DNA from: Breznakia blatticola
Lineage (GTDB): Bacteria > Bacillota_I > Bacilli_A > Erysipelotrichales > Erysipelotrichaceae
Assembly (NCBI RefSeq): GCF_004365815.1
Contig: NZ_SODD01000050.1
Location: forward strand, 1-17,020
Reading direction: 5' to 3'
Length of the DNA stretch: 17,020 nucleotides
In this document: piece after piece, positions 15,235-17,020 of the stretch
Layout: every line of letters begins with the position of its first letter
Numbering within the stretch: position 1 is the stretch's first letter
Made by a program: the position numbers and the translations under genes
Notes under the pieces: generated by a model
What the model was told of the DNA's origin: nothing
The model's database searches: none
What the model saw: only the letters and a program-made list of their open reading frames with translations

Positions 15235-15423
15235 TCAATTATTCTGACTTTTTCTTTTTGGATAATCTTTCACATACATAGTGGGGTGATCATATTTTGG
15301 ATAGTAATGAATTTTCTTCTTTAGTGTTAATTCAAAATCATAATCATTAATACTGTGCATATCTGCAATTTGATTGTATAGGTTCTCATTAAATGCTAAA
15401 GCTTTCATAATAAATTTTTTCAT
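15235..15423 (-). CDS. Hypothetical small basic protein (62 aa) carrying a copy of the VirB4 N-terminal YYPKY..PTM.VK motif
   Basis: The ORF lies between the terminator and the integrase. The SD is weak (AGGA 13 nt upstream). The C-terminus HYYPKYDHPTMYVKD resembles YYYPKYVPPTMMVKG of the VirB4-like protein, with about 32/42 nt identical by hand alignment. Confidence 0.4.
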   Translation of the reverse strand: MKKFIMKALAFNENLYNQIADMHSINDYDFELTLKKKIHYYPKYDHPTMYVKDYPKRKSQNN

Positions 15424-15578
15424 TTTATTTATTTCATCCTATAATTAAAATGAAGTAACTGTGACTAGTATAATCATAATGAAAAAAATGATGTACTCAT
15501 ACTCCATGATTTATTTAAAGCTAGATTGACTTCACGATTTTTTTATACCTTTATTAATAATACTTTTATTTATGAGGA

Positions 15579-15605
15579 ACCAAAAAAAGTGTCCTTTTTT
15601 TTGGT
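15579..15605 (-). terminator. Weak A/T-rich hairpin downstream of the integrase gene (possible terminator)
   Basis: ACCAAAAAAA (15579-15588) pairs with TTTTTTTGGT (15596-15605) around a 7-nt loop. It lies about 70 nt past the integrase stop on the minus strand. The stem is nearly all A-T, so support is weak. Confidence 0.25.
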
Positions 15606-15672
15606 AGTTGTTTGACTTGCGTATAAATAGCAGATGATATAGAAACGATAAAAATTAGAACTAGTAATATTA

Positions 15673-16677
15673 CTAAAAATATCTTTTTGTTAGAGAATTG
15701 AGTAAATTTGATACTTCCAAAGAACTCTCTGGAAGCAAATGTGCATATGTTTTCATCACTTCATCAATCGAATCGCCTATACGCATTGCAATAGCTATTA
15801 CGGGTATTTTGTTATTGATAAGTAAAGACACATGTGAATGTCTTAAATCGTGAAGACGAATATGTGAAAGCCCTGCAGATTCTTCATAGCGTATTTTTGC
15901 CTTTCTTAAAGTTTCAAAAGCCATAGGCCTTGTCTGTCTTCCAAAAATAAAGTTATCCTTTCTATATTTATCAGATTGAATAGCAATTGTGTGAAGTGCG
16001 GTAAGTATCTTTTTGGTACTATCGTCTATTTCTATAAGGCGATACGAATTAAGGTTTTTAGGTCCTTTAACTTTTTGCTTTCCATGAACGTTCGCAACGG
16101 ATTCATCTATCTCAATGTAGTTATCTCTAAAATCATTCCATTTTAGAGCAAGTAATTCACCTCTTCGAAGACCGGCAAAATAAAATAACATAAAAATTGC
16201 TTTGTGTTCTAGATCAGTAATTTGGGAGAAAAACTTATAAAATTCTACTTCTGACCATATTTTCATTTCTTCTTTCTTTGTTGTTCTGCGTGGCATTCCT
16301 ACACGAGAAACAGGATTCCACTTAGTATCGTAAATTTTGTTGATCCAATTAAAAAATTTATTAAATACTTTATATCGATTAACAAGTGTAGTGTAGAAGC
16401 AATTGTTTTTCATCTCTAATTGCCACTGTATAATATGATCAGGTTTTATATCGTATAATCTCCATGTGCCAAAGAAGGGTTTAATGTGAAGACGATAAAT
16501 TGAGTCGTCATTTTCACATGTAGTAATTTCTTTGTTAAGGAGCGAGTGCTCCATATATTTCTCCCAATAAAAATCTAATACTTTATTTAATTCCTTGTTG
16601 ATGTGAGTTTTTTGAAGTAAACCAGGGTTTTCTTCAATTAGTTCTATCATCATTTCCTTTAGTAATTCTTTATGCAT
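15673..16677 (-). CDS. int: Tyrosine site-specific recombinase (phage integrase family) with an N-terminal SAM-like core-binding domain
   Basis: 334 aa. Box I Arg is in AGLRRGELLALKW. HDLRHSHVSLL supplies the H-x-x-R. The catalytic Tyr is in VMKTYAHLLP. The SD GAGGTGA lies 7 nt upstream of the ATG. Confidence 0.93.
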   Translation of the reverse strand: MHKELLKEMMIELIEENPGLLQKTHINKELNKVLDFYWEKYMEHSLLNKEITTCENDDSIYRLHIKPFFGTWRLYDIKPDHIIQWQLEMKNNCFYTTLVNRYKVFNKFFNWINKIYDTKWNPVSRVGMPRRTTKKEEMKIWSEVEFYKFFSQITDLEHKAIFMLFYFAGLRRGELLALKWNDFRDNYIEIDESVANVHGKQKVKGPKNLNSYRLIEIDDSTKKILTALHTIAIQSDKYRKDNFIFGRQTRPMAFETLRKAKIRYEESAGLSHIRLHDLRHSHVSLLINNKIPVIAIAMRIGDSIDEVMKTYAHLLPESSLEVSNLLNSLTKRYF

Positions 16678-16727
16678 CCCTTTATCACCTCAAAAGTTAA
16701 TTATTGCATTAAGTTGCAAAATTTCGT

Positions 16728-16756
16728 ATTATAATATTAGGTGAAATTTAGAATAA
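16728..16756 (-). promoter_or_regulatory. Candidate integrase promoter
   Basis: Minus-strand TATAAT (16728-16733), a 17-nt spacer, and a weak -35 TTATTC (16751-16756). It is about 50 nt upstream of the integrase ATG. Confidence 0.4.
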
Positions 16757-16771
16757 CTGCCTTTATTCTAA
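16748..16771. promoter_or_regulatory. 9-bp inverted repeat TTAGAATAA-n6-TTATTCTAA overlapping the integrase -35; candidate operator
   Basis: Arms at 16748-16756 and 16763-16771 are perfect complements. The left arm coincides with the putative -35 of the integrase promoter. Confidence 0.35.
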
Positions 16772-16807
16772 GTTTTATAAAATGTTTTTACAAATAAGAT
16801 TTTTTTA

Positions 16808-16836
16808 TTGACTTTATGTTCTTTTGAGAATATAAT
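16808..16836 (+). promoter_or_regulatory. Near-consensus SigA-type promoter pointing away from the integrase
   Basis: TTGACT (16808-16813), an exact 17-nt spacer, TATAAT (16831-16836). Confidence 0.7.
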
Positions 16837-16842
16837 ATAGAT

Positions 16843-17018
16843 ATAAATAGAAAGCCAGGGTGCTCAAGTCCCCCCCGGCCCGACCATTTTTAATGCTTCG
16901 GCATATAGGTTAATCTATTTATATAGGCACACCGCAGAAACTTGGGGTGAGCAGAAAAAACACAAGTAAATAAGTTGGGGTGAAAAGTACCCCAAACTTC
17001 TTAAGAGGACTAACCCAT
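16843..17018 (+). ncRNA. Structured, ORF-less transcript region downstream of the consensus promoter (5' leader or small RNA of unrecognised class)
   Basis: No ORF is listed here. There is an ATGC-TTCG-GCAT tetraloop hairpin (16893-16904) and an 11-bp A/T inverted repeat (16841-16851 with 16914-16924). There is a C7 tract (16870-16876), two TTGGGGTGA direct repeats (16942-16950 and 16975-16983), and a hairpin at 16972-16999. AGAGGA (17004-17009) looks like an SD for a gene starting at the window edge. Confidence 0.35.
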
Positions 17019-17020
17019 AT

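Larger units (their letters stand above)
1..17020. mobile_element. Segment of a conjugative element (ICE or conjugative plasmid) carrying MOB, T4SS, coupling protein and tyrosine recombinase genes; element ends not identified in the window
   Basis: Primase, VirB4-like ATPase, VirB6-like and VirB2-like membrane proteins, M23 cell-wall hydrolase, relaxase with HxH motif, VirD4-like coupling protein, SSB and integrase co-occur. They sit in tightly packed operons with TAATG and ATGxxTAG overlaps. Confidence 0.85.

Noticed and set aside
16972-16999. Hairpin AAGTTGGGG-n9-CCCCAAACTT as an intrinsic terminator
   Set aside because: It is followed by CTTAAGAGG rather than a U-run. It is more likely part of a regulatory leader, so I kept it inside the leader finding.
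1-17020. Scan for CRISPR arrays, tRNA, rRNA and tmRNA genes and for IS-type transposases
   Set aside because: I found no regularly spaced direct repeats, no cloverleaf-compatible GC-rich ~75-nt segments with a T-arm GTTCGAATC-like motif, and no transposase-like ORF on either strand.

Overview
This low-GC window (about 30-35% GC by hand count of sample lines) reads as the transfer core of a Gram-positive (Bacillota-type) conjugative element, either an ICE or a conjugative plasmid. No rRNA, tRNA or CRISPR array was recognised. All calls rest on motif reading by eye, with no database search.

**Plus-strand operon 1 (125-7450):**
- a small ORF
- a DnaG-type primase with an unexpected C-terminal relaxase-like domain
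- a VirB2-like small membrane protein
- a VirB6-like polytopic membrane protein
- a VirB3/VirB4-fusion ATPase
- a membrane-anchored hydrolase with two M23/LytM domains

**Non-coding region (7451-7769):** it is packed with inverted repeats and bounded by two identical 22-nt palindromes. It is the best oriT candidate.

**Minus-strand cassette (7770-8666):** this stretch is GC-richer than its flanks. It holds a 120-nt imperfect hairpin, then a tail-less SSB, then an acidic 133-aa ORF. I read it as a candidate single-strand-activated establishment or leading-region module.

**Plus-strand operon 2 (8733-13669):** an RHH-like accessory protein, a MobA/MobL-type relaxase, a VirD4-type coupling protein, and an unknown 269-aa protein.

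**Right-hand end:**
- a self-contained cargo pair (secreted protein plus membrane-anchored protein) with its own promoter and a strong terminator
- a small minus-strand ORF
- a tyrosine recombinase
- a consensus outward-facing promoter driving a structured, ORF-less leader that runs off the window
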